The notes beneath the pieces are model-generated. The model was not told where the DNA came from, made no database searches, and saw only the letters and a list, made by a program, of their open reading frames with translations. This document shows, in pieces, positions 13,083 through 26,865 of a stretch of 64,000 bases of DNA (its first letter is position 1; every line of letters starts with the position of its first letter). The stretch is from Octopus vulgaris. Lineage: Eukaryota. The DNA lies in the NCBI GenBank assembly GCA_951406725.2, contig OX597814.1:39556001-39620000 (forward strand). Reading direction: 5' to 3'. Made by a program: the position numbers and the translations under genes.

Positions 13083-14139
13083 TACATACATACATACATA
13101 CATACATGCTTACATACATACGTCTTTCTATATATGTATAACTCTAAAGTTTATAAGTGAATCAGAGTCAGAGTGTCTTGTGTATTGCATTTAGCAAATT
13201 ATGTCTAGAAAAGTACAAGTCAAAGCTCACGGTCCTTGAGTCTCTGTACTGGTTTACAGCTAAATTATATATGTAGGTGGTTGTTCTTTGTGTATGTATG
13301 TGTTTGCGCGTGTATGACTGTGAATGTCAGTGTGTATGCATGCACAGGATCATCTGAGTGTCCATGTTCTTACAATTGAATTGCCCAGACTTAGACTTCA
13401 ACATTTATTCTGCGCTTGTTTTCGATTTAGTTTAGAATTTCGTTCATTAATTTTTGTAAATGATATTTACACAAGTGAATCAGGGTGTTTTTTGAAGCCT
13501 GTGTGGTCAACCTAACTTTGTGCATTTTAACTCCGTCCTTTAACCGTTTATCTCATTCAGGTCATTTTATACAATCACATAATTTTTTATAGAGGATAAC
13601 TTCAATCAATAGCAGAAAAAAACTAAAGCCACCTCTCAGATGTATCATGGATGTGGAAATCCATCTATGATTAAGCCGTAACAAATTTACCTGTCTGTAT
13701 ATGATTTTGTTTTACAGATTAAGAGCAAAGTAAATTACCATCTCATTTCCTAAATATTCATAAGCGCCTTAAATGACAACACAAGAATTAAGAAATCATT
13801 TACTGATTTACGAGGAATTAGAAGTCAACATCGTTAATAATTCATTTATGGCTAACGATTATATATTCCATCGCTTAAAAGCACATCTATTCAGCAAGGC
13901 AGAAAACATTATAGTTGCCTATGGAAGAAAAATAACATTCGGAATTTAAATAAGCAGGAATAATTTTGATGACGTAAAACCAAAGATTATCATAACTAGT
14001 GATTTATACAAACTTGTTGTACCTTGGATTTAGTCTCCTACGTCCAGCTCATACCGGAAACAACAATGTTTTACACAAATTAAGCATACGCAAACAGACG
14101 CATACATGCAAGCCCATATATATAATATGTTCATATCTG

Positions 14140-14235
<96 letters not shown>

Positions 14236-14390
14236 GTGAAATAGAAAGATGAATAATCTTGTAGTAGATTAATCAGCCACCGGTTCTCAACATACACTGA
14301 TAAACAGTTTCGCCATGGGCTCTTAGGAGCCTGGTTCGATTTGTTGTTGCTCCGCCTCTGTTCTGTTTTTGTTTTTTCCAACGGATTTCC

Positions 14391-14484
14391 TATTTTCTTC
14401 CTGAAGAGAAAGACACAATATGGTCCCATTATTCAATCGGATTTTGGTAAATTGTGCCTTTCGAAACACGTGTAGAATGAAATA
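14391..14484 (+). ncRNA. Type I hammerhead ribozyme motif with palindromic stem III (Penelope-type)
   Basis: CTGAAGA 14401-14407; stem II gaaagacacaat/attgtgcctttc; GAAA 14463-14466; cacgtg; GUA site; stem I tattttcttc/gaatgaaata. Confidence 0.7.
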
Positions 14485-14645
14485 AAACGATTTCTGTTCA
14501 ATCTGCGTTCAGCTCCATTTCTTCTTATATATACGTATATATATAAATATATATATATATATGTATGTATGTATGTATATATGTATGTATGTATGTATAT
14601 ATGTATATATGTATGTATGTTTATATGTATGTATATATGTATGTA

Positions 14646-14679
<34 letters not shown>

Positions 14680-14891
14680 CGTATATATACATATCTATAT
14701 GTGTGTGTGCGTGTGTGTATACACATACATTACATACATACGTACACATGTTCACCCCCTGAATATATTAAGCGTATATATATTACGCTCTGTATATTCA
14801 GAGGGTGAGAAAAATTTACGTATGTCTATGTCTGTATATGTATATGTGTGTCTGTGTGCGCGCGCGTGTGTGCGTGTGTGTGTGTGTATGT

Positions 14892-14935
<44 letters not shown>

Positions 14936-15397
14936 TCGTGTGTGTCTGTGTGTGTGTTTGAGTGTGTATGTATATATTTACCTATATCGAGAAACTGAGA
15001 TTGAGAGAAGAGAGAGTGACAGAAAAAGAAAAGACAACGCAACAGCAAGAAATAGAGAGTGAGTAAAAGACGTTTGTGTGCATTAGGGAATGTGAAATCG
15101 AATTGCACCGAAAATGAATCGATGCCAATTATTTACACACAGCTGACCACTTAACAACTTGCACTGCCTGACCAACACGGAGTACAAGAAGACATAATGA
15201 TTTCATTTGATAAATACTCCTCTTTTCTCTCTTTTTTTTTCTGTTTACTTTATTTTCTTTATAAGACGTCCAAGACCTCTAAATGGTATAGGTTGTTACC
15301 TCACTGCTGAGTTTTTGTTCCAGTGAAATCGTGATGTGGGCGAATGTTAGTCTCTGTACGATTGTAAGATTTGACATTTAAGTCAGAACGTTTGAAG

Positions 15398-15599
15398 CAG
15401 GTGCGGCTGTGTGGTTAAGAGGCTTACTTCTCAAAAATGCGTAGCCTCAGGTTCAGTCCCTCGGCATGTGTCTCCAATTATATCTCTGCACCGCCAAAAA
15501 CCTTTCATTTTTTTAATTGCTTCATCCATGCAGCTACGTTCATGCTAGAGTTAGATTTGATGGATACACACGAAAGAGCTGAAATAAGACCCGTATGTA

Positions 15600-15646
<47 letters not shown>

Positions 15647-15736
15647 GCGGTGAAGCTACACTTTAGCGTCGTATTTTTACGTTCGCTATTTCCAGTAAAT
15701 ATCGGTACTTAGTTGTGCCATTTATTTACTAATTTG

Positions 15737-15771
<35 letters not shown>

Positions 15772-15879
15772 TACGTGACTTTTTATTACGTGACCGACCA
15801 GACCATCAGATGTAGTTACACATCGCTGGTCACAATGCGTTCGCATTGTTTTAGCCTTTTATATATATATATATATATG

Positions 15880-15954
<75 letters not shown>

Positions 15955-16158
15955 ATATATGTATAAATATATGTATCGCTGTTTCTCTGTGTGTGAGACC
16001 TCCACTGCAGCATGTCCAACGGTGGTACTTTGTTTACGCCGCTGTAACATGATCGAGAGAATGAGTACCAAACTTAACAAAATATAAGTACTGAAGGCGA
16101 TTTCTACGATTAAACCCTTCAACCCAGCACAGGCATAGGCAAATAACGGAAAACAAGT
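15398..16158 (+). mobile_element. SINE family A, old copy interrupted by microsatellites and an RTE-tail insertion
   Basis: Head gcaggtgcggctgtgtggttaag...ggttcagtccc at 15398-15460; tail gagaatgagtacca...ggaaaacaagta at 16055-16158. Confidence 0.5.
15772..15858 (-). mobile_element. Short RTE-type 3' tail (SINE or LINE end)
   Basis: tgaccgaccag.cc.tcag...cgctggtcaca shared with 1450-1492. Confidence 0.6.
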
Positions 16159-16317
16159 ACATCGCACACATACACACACATTACCATCTATCTATCTCTC
16201 AATATATATTACTTTATCCTTCTCTCTCAAACTATCTCTCCTCTCTCTCTCTCTCTCTTCTCTCCCTCTCTCTTCTCTCCCTCTCTCTTCTCTCTCTCTC
16301 TCTTCTCTCCCTCTCTC

Positions 16318-16350
<33 letters not shown>

Positions 16351-17689
16351 AATATATATGTCAGAACAATTTAAACATTTTGAGGCTTTCAAGAAGAGAG
16401 AAAGAAGGATTTCTAATAATGATTCATCATATTCATAAAAACACAGCTAGAGCAAGTAATAAGAATATGGAAATACTAGTTGAAAAATATAGTTATAAGT
16501 ATAACATTGTCAAAAACAATTATAGAAAAATGAAGGACAAAAGATGTTGAATCAAAATTAGATTTAATACAAAATAGGACTCAATACATACGTGCGTTTC
16601 AAAGTACAATACAAATACGTAAAAAGAAATTATAACCATACCAATTATAATTAAATTTATCGATTGTCATTTTCATCGGCGTGAGGAATTTTTGTAAGGA
16701 CATCAAAAAAGGTTTAATAAAATAAAGTAAATTAAAATAAGATACAATAAGGGAGAATGCAAAAGGGTAATAGGGAAATATCGGATATTTACAAGCAAGT
16801 TGTAAAAGGGGGAAAATAACAGTATAATAATAGTAAGAGAGACGAAAGAGAAAAAAGACAGACATATTAATGTGTATGCACGTGCGTGTGTATGTGCGAT
16901 AAACTATAACATAAAAATAAGAAGGAAAAGCTAACGGGTATGTTTTAAAAAATGGTAACCGGTCGACACAAAGTACAATAAACATAGCCAGGTGTGTATA
17001 CTAGAATATAACGTAACAGGTGAACTAGTAAAAAAACATTGAGAGTTATACATATTAATATTGAATTTCAAAAAAATATATGTATATATATTTTACAGGA
17101 CGCTAAAACGTGATAGACGAAACTATGTTTGAAAAAAGTTACAATATTAAAGTAAAAATGTACATACATGCAGAGAAAAAGAAAACAAAGAGAACATAGC
17201 AAGGAAAAAACATCGATCACACAAGAGCGGCCGATATAATTCAAGATAGTTACCTTACTCAAAAACTAGGCCGGGGAAGTGGAGACAATCAGAAAAAGGT
17301 AGGGACAAAAAATGAATATATGAAGGAGAAAAATTGCTATAAAATTACAACTAAGAAAAATGTAGACACTTAACATATAAGGATAGGCAGTCAAAAACAT
17401 ACACACACACATACATACATACACACATACACACATACACACACATACATACATAAATACATACATACATACACACATACACACATACACAACACAGAGA
17501 TATATACAAAAAATAGCCGTGCATGCACTCACACATATATACAACCAAATACACATACACATATACATGCAAATATGCATACATACCTACTTATACATAT
17601 AAATATATATATACATCCATATATATTTATATTCACACACCTACAAATGCACGCGTAAAACATAAACAAACACACACATGTACACATAA

Positions 17690-17744
<55 letters not shown>

Positions 17745-18029
17745 CACACATACATATATATAAAAAAATACATACACACGCGCGCGTGCGGTGTAGATGA
17801 AACAGAGGTGACTGATGAAGGGGAATTTTTCTTGTGTTCTATATCCTGTACTCTATTTTTTCGTTAAGAAAAATGTCCATTTCCTTGGTTTTCTGTTTCT
17901 GTTTTCGTTTCTCATTGTGTTCGATGTTTTTTTGGTGTCCTGTACCCATATAGGCATGTATATATACATGTAGATGTAGGTACGTACATATATGTATGTA
18001 TATATGCATATGTTTTATTTATAAATTTG

Positions 18030-18084
<55 letters not shown>

Positions 18085-18594
18085 CACCCAATCAGAAAGC
18101 AAAATGACAGAAAGATGCATGCAAAATGCAGCAAAGAAAAACATATGGAAATACACCTACATATACACAGATATACACACGTATATGCGTGCGTGTTCAT
18201 GTCTCTATAAACAAAAACATGCATATGCAGAAAAAAACAAGTATATATACATACACTCTTACATATAGTTGTATATACACATGTAGACAAAAAAAAACAT
18301 GAAATACATTCATGCGCAAACACAAAGTAAAACATGCATAGATACCTACATGCGAATATATATAAGTATATACATATACACACATACACATAAAAATACA
18401 CGCACTAATATATACATATCTACATATATATAGATATACATAAATACATATACCCACATACATATAAAAACACGAGCGTAAGAGCATAAACGTACACACA
18501 CGTATACATAATTACATGCAACACACAGAGAATATATACATACACATAAACTAAGAGTGTAATAAGAACCAATAAGAAAAAGACAAAGAGGCAA

Positions 18595-19523
18595 TCAATA
18601 AGAGTATTTAAGGTTAATCAAAAGGAATTTGAACATATGTTTACAAGAGAAAACACTTTTCTCTCGAACAGAAACGTTCATTTTCATAATCATATAAGAC
18701 TCTTCAATGCATAAAAGGCATAAAATCCTATAAGAGGAGGCCGAACAAACACTATTCCAAGAGATTGCCATGCCTTTTTTGGATAAACTAGTACTACTTT
18801 CTCTCTGAGGATCAGTAAAAGATGATTTCTGATTATTGAAACGTAATTTAAGAGGGTCTGCATGCAACCTATATAATGAAACCTAGAGATCTCATGTGTT
18901 GTAATAGTAGCCTTATATACAACGTTTTCATTTTACAATTACCTTTAACCTCACAGGTGTTAGGGTTTCTATAGTTAAAATTGTTACTAATATTAAGCGT
19001 ACTATTGATATGTGTATGTGTGCTGATAGAGGAACAGTTTGTGTGAGTATGGGAATCGTTGGTAGAAGATACAGAGCTATTTGAATAATTGGGGTTAGCA
19101 TAAGTTGTAGCGGGGGTTAAATTCTTGTAGTAAAGATTTAATTTTCTATTCTTAAAGGAAGAAATAATCCTAAATAAGTTAGGAGAAACAGTAAAGCCAA
19201 ATCTAATCATTTTGTTATTGAATATCCAAACATACCTAGATTTACTGAAATTTGATTTAATAATAGAACAATAGACTTTATAAAATTAGACTTCAAATGT
19301 TTAGCAAAAGGAAAAATAATCCAAATTATGTTATTATTGTGTTTCTTATTGATATGGTGGTTTTTATTAGCTGGGTCACCCATTCGAATAAAAGGTATAG
19401 GTTTCTATTTACCTCTCGTATTAACACCAACACTACCAATGATATACGTCTTATTATTGTTATTATTCTTATTAATGTTATTATTATTATACCTATTATT
19501 ACCACCTTTATTATTATTATTAC

Positions 19524-19559
<36 letters not shown>

Positions 19560-20400
19560 GAAAATATTGACATCATTAGAGCTGGTTATGTAGTTGTGTG
19601 GGGTATTTAGAGTATGCGTAGAAATAAGAGAGGTTTTTGTGAAAAAACTCTGTTTTGTGTTATTGTTTCTGGCTATGTTAATGTTTTTCTAGTAATGATT
19701 GATAGTAACATTACAATTGTTTATCTTATTAAAAATATAGGTATTGGTAGAAATCTGGTTAGTAAAAGTTTCATCATTTGGTCCATAGTTGTTAAACATT
19801 TTTCTCATTTTATGGTGGAGTTATCTTCACAAGTATACTTCATAGACATAAGTTGTGTGCCAGGGCCTTCTAATTCATAATGGTGTTTTGAAATTGTGGT
19901 GTGTTTATTGGAATTCATATCCATATAAGTGTTGTTATGATTGGGAAATTCAGTGTTAAATTTGTTGTACTTCATTTGATATTTATAACTAGCATTCCTA
20001 AGAGCCAGAATGTAATAATTTTTACGCTTATTAACACTTTCTTTATTTGAGGATAATGAGTTAATTCTATTTTCAATGTTATAAGGTATGTTATCGAGAA
20101 TATTATAAGGATGATTGTTCTGCGCATGTATTTAAATAATATTGCTATTAGGTTTATGGTATGGTTGGCAAGCTGAAGTAGTGATGTTAAAAATTGCATC
20201 CATGAATTTCTCAGAAGTGTGATCCTGCTCAAGGGTGATGGTAAGTTCTTGGCTTTTGAAAATTTATGTAATCTCTTCTGATGTATTTCGATTTAACGGT
20301 TTGAAGCATTTCGAACTACAAATTGAACATCATCCCTATAGAGACCGTCTTCAAATTCTGGGTGTTTTTTATGGAGTAGGTGTAGTAAATATATCCCGAC
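18595..20400 (-). mobile_element. Decayed, internally deleted Penelope-like element with C-terminal GIY-YIG endonuclease
   Basis: Minus-strand pieces WIFNNKMIRFGFTVSPNL, RNPNTCEVKGNCKM (Cys cluster), LRFNNQKSSF...STSLSK, CLLCIEESYMI...CKHMFKFLL. Many frameshifts; no RT core seen; upstream boundary uncertain. Confidence 0.7.
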
Positions 20401-21953
20401 TAAGTCTGTGAATAATTCAGCTATCATGCAGCTTTTTGTTTGATGGAACACAATCCTCTAGCATTCGATTTTCGTGTTTTGAATTACAGTTCTTTGGCGC
20501 TTTAATTTTTATTTATTGTATTACGCTTCAGTTTAGTCTGTTAAGTAATACATTATGAATATCAGAAACAACTATTATTCTTGATGTTCAGCTGCTAGTT
20601 AACGAGTAAAAGCACGCTATAAAATTAATCTATATATGTAAAGATTACGTATAGAGATGGAGAAAAAGATACTGATTTTCAGTATCATATGCTCATTATT
20701 ATTTTGAAACCACCTTTTGAGGCATAAAATTTTGGGAATAGGGAATGACATTTTGACATATGGTGAGAGGATGCACGGACCAAAACCACTGCTACAGCTG
20801 TTAAGAACATTCGTCTTAATACATTCTCATTTGTTCTTCACTCTATCTCTTTGGCCATATCTCACTTTTATACACACACACACACATGCATACTCTAACA
20901 CTCACATCCATACATTCACTCACATACGTATGGAAAAATCTGTTAGAAAGGGTCAAAATATTAGATTTGTCAAAATGAAAGTAAAAGAAGAGAAACATCG
21001 CAAACGGACGTAAGCGCTTTCAGTCCTTTCATCAGTTGTCGGCTGCATATCACGACAATTTCGGCATCTTCCTGCGACATTGTGCTATCTCACGGCATGA
21101 ACGAAATGCAGTTGTCTGGCTTTAGACAAGCAGACACGAAAACTAAAGAAAAGCGTGGAAAAAAACTGAAGAAATTATTGTAGAAGGATGATGACGGAAG
21201 TCATATTAAGCAATACGAATAGATAAATCTATATATTCTTCTGAGATAAATTTCAAATGAAAAAAAAACGTTGTGCACTGAAGTAACGTACAGACGCTAG
21301 CAATTAGCCTTTCGGCGTTGATGAAAATGTACAGACAACAGTGCGAACCTGCATCCGAGCTGTTCAGAGGTCAAGCGGCAAAAGCATTGCTTGATGAAGG
21401 ATAGAAAGTGGGAGTTGAAAATAATAGTGCCATGTGGGATGGAATACATAATGTAACATCGGTAAGATAAAAAAAAGCAAAAAAAAAATGGGTTTGGAGA
21501 GTAAAAGGAAACGCTCCAGAAGAAGGGAAAAGAAAGAGAAAGTGATGGACAGCTACAAGTTGCATGATAGATGCGAACGAGACGGGGAGAAAGAGAGGAG
21601 GAGATGCCGTTGTTTTACAAAAGAAAAGTAATTAGTCGCTGTGAAAACAGTATGTTGAATTACAATAAATAAAATTCAAAACGAAGCGACGGAATAAAAT
21701 TGTACAGAAAATGAAAACGCAAAAATAAGCAGTTTTGAACATTGTCAGTCATGTCACTGGTTGTCAACTGGATATCATATCAATTTACACAACTTCCAAT
21801 AATATCGTTCTTTTAAGAAACGTCAACAACATGCAGGTTCATATCCACAGACGAGTAGACACGAAAATTAAACAAGGCAGTAAAATTCAAAATGTAAATT
21901 AGAAAAAAAAAATCACAATTGACAGTTATATATAAAACACACACACACACACG

Positions 21954-22032
<79 letters not shown>

Positions 22033-23984
22033 TATTATGTATGTATGTTTGTGTGTGTTTGTGTAAATTCCTAGTGTTTCCATGTAAACGAGAAATATAA
22101 AATAAGTTGAGCTTAGAAGAAATGAGTGAATATTTCGGCATTTAATAGACATACAAAATTAAGAGTTGAAAGAGACTGATACCGAACGTTTCACTGATCA
22201 AGCGAGAGACAAAAAATCCTGGAAGGGAGACATCTTTTGATGGAAGATGAGTAAGTGATGCCTTGCGGGAAGTGTGTGTGTGTGTGTATGTTTCTCTGTG
22301 TGTGTGTGAGAGAGAGAGAGAGAGAGGGAGAGAGCACGTGGGGATATTTTAGTAATAGTGGGAACAATAAAAACCGAGAGATTTAGTAACAAAAAGAGAA
22401 AGAGATTTCAATAAAACAGACTGTAAGACAAGGACTGATAGAGGGCAGAAAGAAAGAGAATTGATGTCACAAAGCAAAAGGGAAATAAAAAATTAAACAC
22501 AGGGCTTCGCATTATGCTAAATGATATTGAGAAATGTGTCACATATAGAGAGTTGGGGTTGCAGTGCTTAAAATCTAAAAGCAAAGAACAAATGTGAAAA
22601 TTTCAATACTTCCAGCTAATCCAAATTTTAGCAAAATATTCCCATCGCAGTTGGGGGTAGATATTATCATTAAGACAAGGATTAATGAATGCAGCAAATT
22701 TGTTTCGATGCCGTTAAATCTCTCCAGCGAAGCAGTTTTTACCCTAATCAGTGAAACATAAAATTGATCGAGTTTATTATACATATAAATAGAAGGAAAT
22801 TAGTCACCAGTAACAGAACTGAGAGAAATTTACTGAGGAGCATCCTGTCGTATGTCTATCATGTGGGAATCATACTCTGTGATTCGAAAGCTACATCTTT
22901 GCTATATCATATACTGGTAGTCTTAAATAGAGAAGCAATATTTTTATGTTTACCTCAAATTACATCGGTAATTACTTCCAAGAAATGCAACTTAATTAAA
23001 AAAAACGACGTAAAACAAAAAACATTTAAAATCATTATTAGCTTGTATCTGCTTTAATAAATGTTTTGATATGATTTTGTAAATATTTCTATGCTTTCTT
23101 TAATATGTTTACTAAGACCTACGTAAATCGGAGAGATCGACCGAATTTGAGTTTATTTTTTCCATTTATTTCTTTGAAAAAAGACGATGTGAAGTCGAAA
23201 AAGATGTAACTCGAAACGACGTACACTGAGGTGTGCCTGTATTAGATAATGTAGAGCTATACCCCCTTGAAAATATTGCCCTTAGATGGAAAGTTTTCTA
23301 AAAGACACCATGGAATCATTGTTGATTTACGTATAGTGAAATATACGAACCCGCTAGACCAGAAAAACATAACTGCAAACCTCCCTCAAATCACTTATTG
23401 ACGTTTTAAGAGCAACACATTGCATAATATTATCAAGAGGAGCCAGCGTCAGAAACCATTACGGGTTGGTCTCATTTAGATTATTTATTTTTTATAGCAT
23501 TGTTAAGCCTGATCAGTCCCTGGTTAAACATCCACAACAACAACAAAAGCAACAATAATAGCAAAAATGCACTCCATGAGGCTGGTATTGAATTGTCAAC
23601 TTCTCTGGGTGGTATTTCTACAAACTGAGATAGGAAGTAAAACTAAAACAACCTGCTAAATGTCAACACTCTCTGACATTGTTTTATCCCTATGACATCA
23701 CGTTCGCTTTGATCAATGACTTACAACATTAACCGACCATGTCAAATCAATGTACCATGTCACGTGTAATATAAACATCCGAGGTTATGGAGTTAAACAG
23801 GTTATGTAGTCTCACAAACAAATTGTGTGAGAGTGTGAGCGATTTACGTTATTTATTTTACGTAGAGTGGAAATGCGTAAATTGTAACGCACTTAAACAA
23901 ACATAGAATGAAGAGACATATATACATATATATATACACATGTGCATGTATGTATGCATGTATGTATGTATGTGTATATATATA

Positions 23985-24028
<44 letters not shown>

Positions 24029-24104
24029 TATATATATATATGTCTCACTCTCTCTCTATATATATATTTATATATGTATACACACGCATATATATATATA
24101 TTCT

Positions 24105-24172
24105 TTTTGTTTTTACTTGTTTCAGTCATTTTGACTGCGGCCATGCTGGAGCACCGCCTTTAATAGATCAAC
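24105..24172 (-). mobile_element. SINE family A 3' tail fragment
   Basis: ttttacttgtttcagtcattttgactgcggccatgctggagcaccgcc. Confidence 0.8.
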
Positions 24173-24242
24173 TCAATTATATATATATTATATATATGTC
24201 TATATATATATCTATATGTATATGTATATATGTATATATATG

Positions 24243-24296
<54 letters not shown>

Positions 24297-24584
24297 TGTG
24301 CGTGTGAGTGTGTATGTTTGATATTTTGTCGGCTTATTCAGAAATATTGATAGTTGTCTATAAATAAATCCAGCTGCATTGATTCCTGCATAACTACTTA
24401 AATGTCCCTGCATGCATAATAAATCCATATATAAGTGAATAAATTGTTTTACATGCATAGAGGTATTTACCTTTATGTGTGTAAAACATACATATTTACA
24501 TACATATACATATGTGTGTGTGTGTGTGTCTATGTACTCGCACAGACACACAGACACTCACACCTACACATATATATTTTTATT

Positions 24585-25055
<471 letters not shown>

Positions 25056-25094
25056 ACCTCTATGTATGTATGTATGTATATAAATATATATGAG

Positions 25095-25126
<32 letters not shown>

Positions 25127-25221
25127 ATCAAGTATAAAATCATTATAAGATTTTATCAAGTAGCCAGCATGTAATAAAAACATATAGTTAGCAATTAATA
25201 CAAAATATATAATTATATATG

Positions 25222-25672
25222 TAATAAGGACATTAATAAGGATAGCCACGTGCTAGAAATAGATGCCAATGGCTCTAAGAACTACATTATTTACCCATGT
25301 AGCACGGGCTGAAAGCGAGAGAAGTGAAGAGAAGAAATTTCTTGAAAAAATGGATCGATTTCTGGTTTAGAGATGTAAATCCCTTAATGTTACCAGTATA
25401 GTACAACGCATTGTACATAATTATAAACATTTATACATACTCATACGAATAGCACTTATCTACAAGCGCATGTACAAATGTTCACTTTTATATACTAGCT
25501 AAATCTAATTCATTCACTTCAACCACAGCCTGCAATAAACCCTTTTTGTAAAAAAATGTCTTGATCAATTCCGTCGCTTTCAGCCCGTGCCAAAAGGGTA
25601 AATAATGTAGTTCTTAGAGCCATTTCGCGTCTATTTCTAGCATGTGGCGTGACTAATTAGTGCCCTTACTGA
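25222..25672. mobile_element. MITE-like non-autonomous element with ~100-bp imperfect terminal inverted repeats
   Basis: gccacgtgctagaaatag...ggctctaagaactacattatttaccc...gcacgggctgaaagcga (25245-25318) is inverted at 25574-25648; no ORF. Confidence 0.75.
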
Positions 25673-25823
25673 ATACATAAGTGTGTTTGTGTGTGTGTGT
25701 GGATGGCTTATATGCCCCGTTATAAGAATATTTTCCTTAGTCATTGCACGGTGATGTCCACAAGCTTTAAGCTTATATAAGAATATCTTTCTTATTATTT
25801 ACAAAACCATTCGCACCGAAAAC

Positions 25824-25924
<101 letters not shown>

Positions 25925-25954
25925 TGTCTGTATGCATGGCTTTATAATTATGTA

Positions 25955-26320
25955 CTGGGTTCAATCCCACTGCGTGGCACCTTGGGCAAGTGTCTTCTAC
26001 TATAGCCTGGGCCGACCAAATCCTTGTGAGTGTATTTGGTAGACGGAAACTGAAAAAGCCCGTCGTATATATGTATATATGTATGTACGTACGTGTATAT
26101 GTTGTGTATCTATGTTTGTCACCCCCACCAACATCGCTTGACAACCGATGCTGGTGTGGTTAGGTCCCCGTAACTTAGCGGTTCGGCAAAAGACACCGAT
26201 AGAATAAGTACTAGGCTTACAAAGATTAAGTCTTGGGGTCGATTTGATTCGACTAAAGACGGTGCTCCAGCATGGCCGCAGTCAAATGACTGAAACAAGT
26301 AAAAGAGTAAAAAGAGTAAT
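25955..26320 (+). mobile_element. SINE family A, 5'-truncated, in tandem with the next copy
   Basis: Highly similar to 26378-26727. Confidence 0.88.
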
Positions 26321-26332
26321 ATATATAGTCCT

Positions 26333-26727
26333 AGGAGTGGCTGTGTGGTAAGTAGCTTTCTTATGAACCACATGATTCCGAGGTCAGTCCCACTGCGTGG
26401 CACCTTGGGCAAGTGTTTTCTACTATAGCCCCGGACCGACCAAAACCTTGTCAGTGGATTTGGTAGACGGAAACTGAAAGAAGCCCATCGTATATATGTA
26501 TATATATGTGTGTGTTTTGTGTGTCTATGTTTGTCCCCCCACCAACATCGCTTGACAACCGATGCTGGTGTTTTTAGGTCCCCATAACTTAGCGGTTCGG
26601 CAAAAGAGACCGGTAGGATAAGTACTAGGCTTATGAAGAATAAGTCCTGGGGTCGATATGCTCGACTAAAGGCGGTGCTCCAGCATGGCCTCAGTCAAAT
26701 GACTGAAACGAGTAAAAGAGTAAAAGA
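26333..26727 (+). mobile_element. tRNA-derived SINE family A (CORE-like centre, internal AT/GT microsatellite, GTAAAAGA tail), full length
   Basis: A-box-like tggctgtgtgg, B-box-like ggtcagtccc, caccttgggcaagtg, tail repeats; many homologous copies in the window. Confidence 0.88.
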
Positions 26728-26729
26728 CT

Positions 26730-26780
<51 letters not shown>

Positions 26781-26803
26781 CATATATATTTATATATATA
26801 TAC

Positions 26804-26865
<62 letters not shown>

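Noticed and set aside
23118-23335. 10-bp inverted pair tacgtaaatc/gatttacgta
   Set aside because: Too short, does not extend and has no target-site duplication; compatible with chance.
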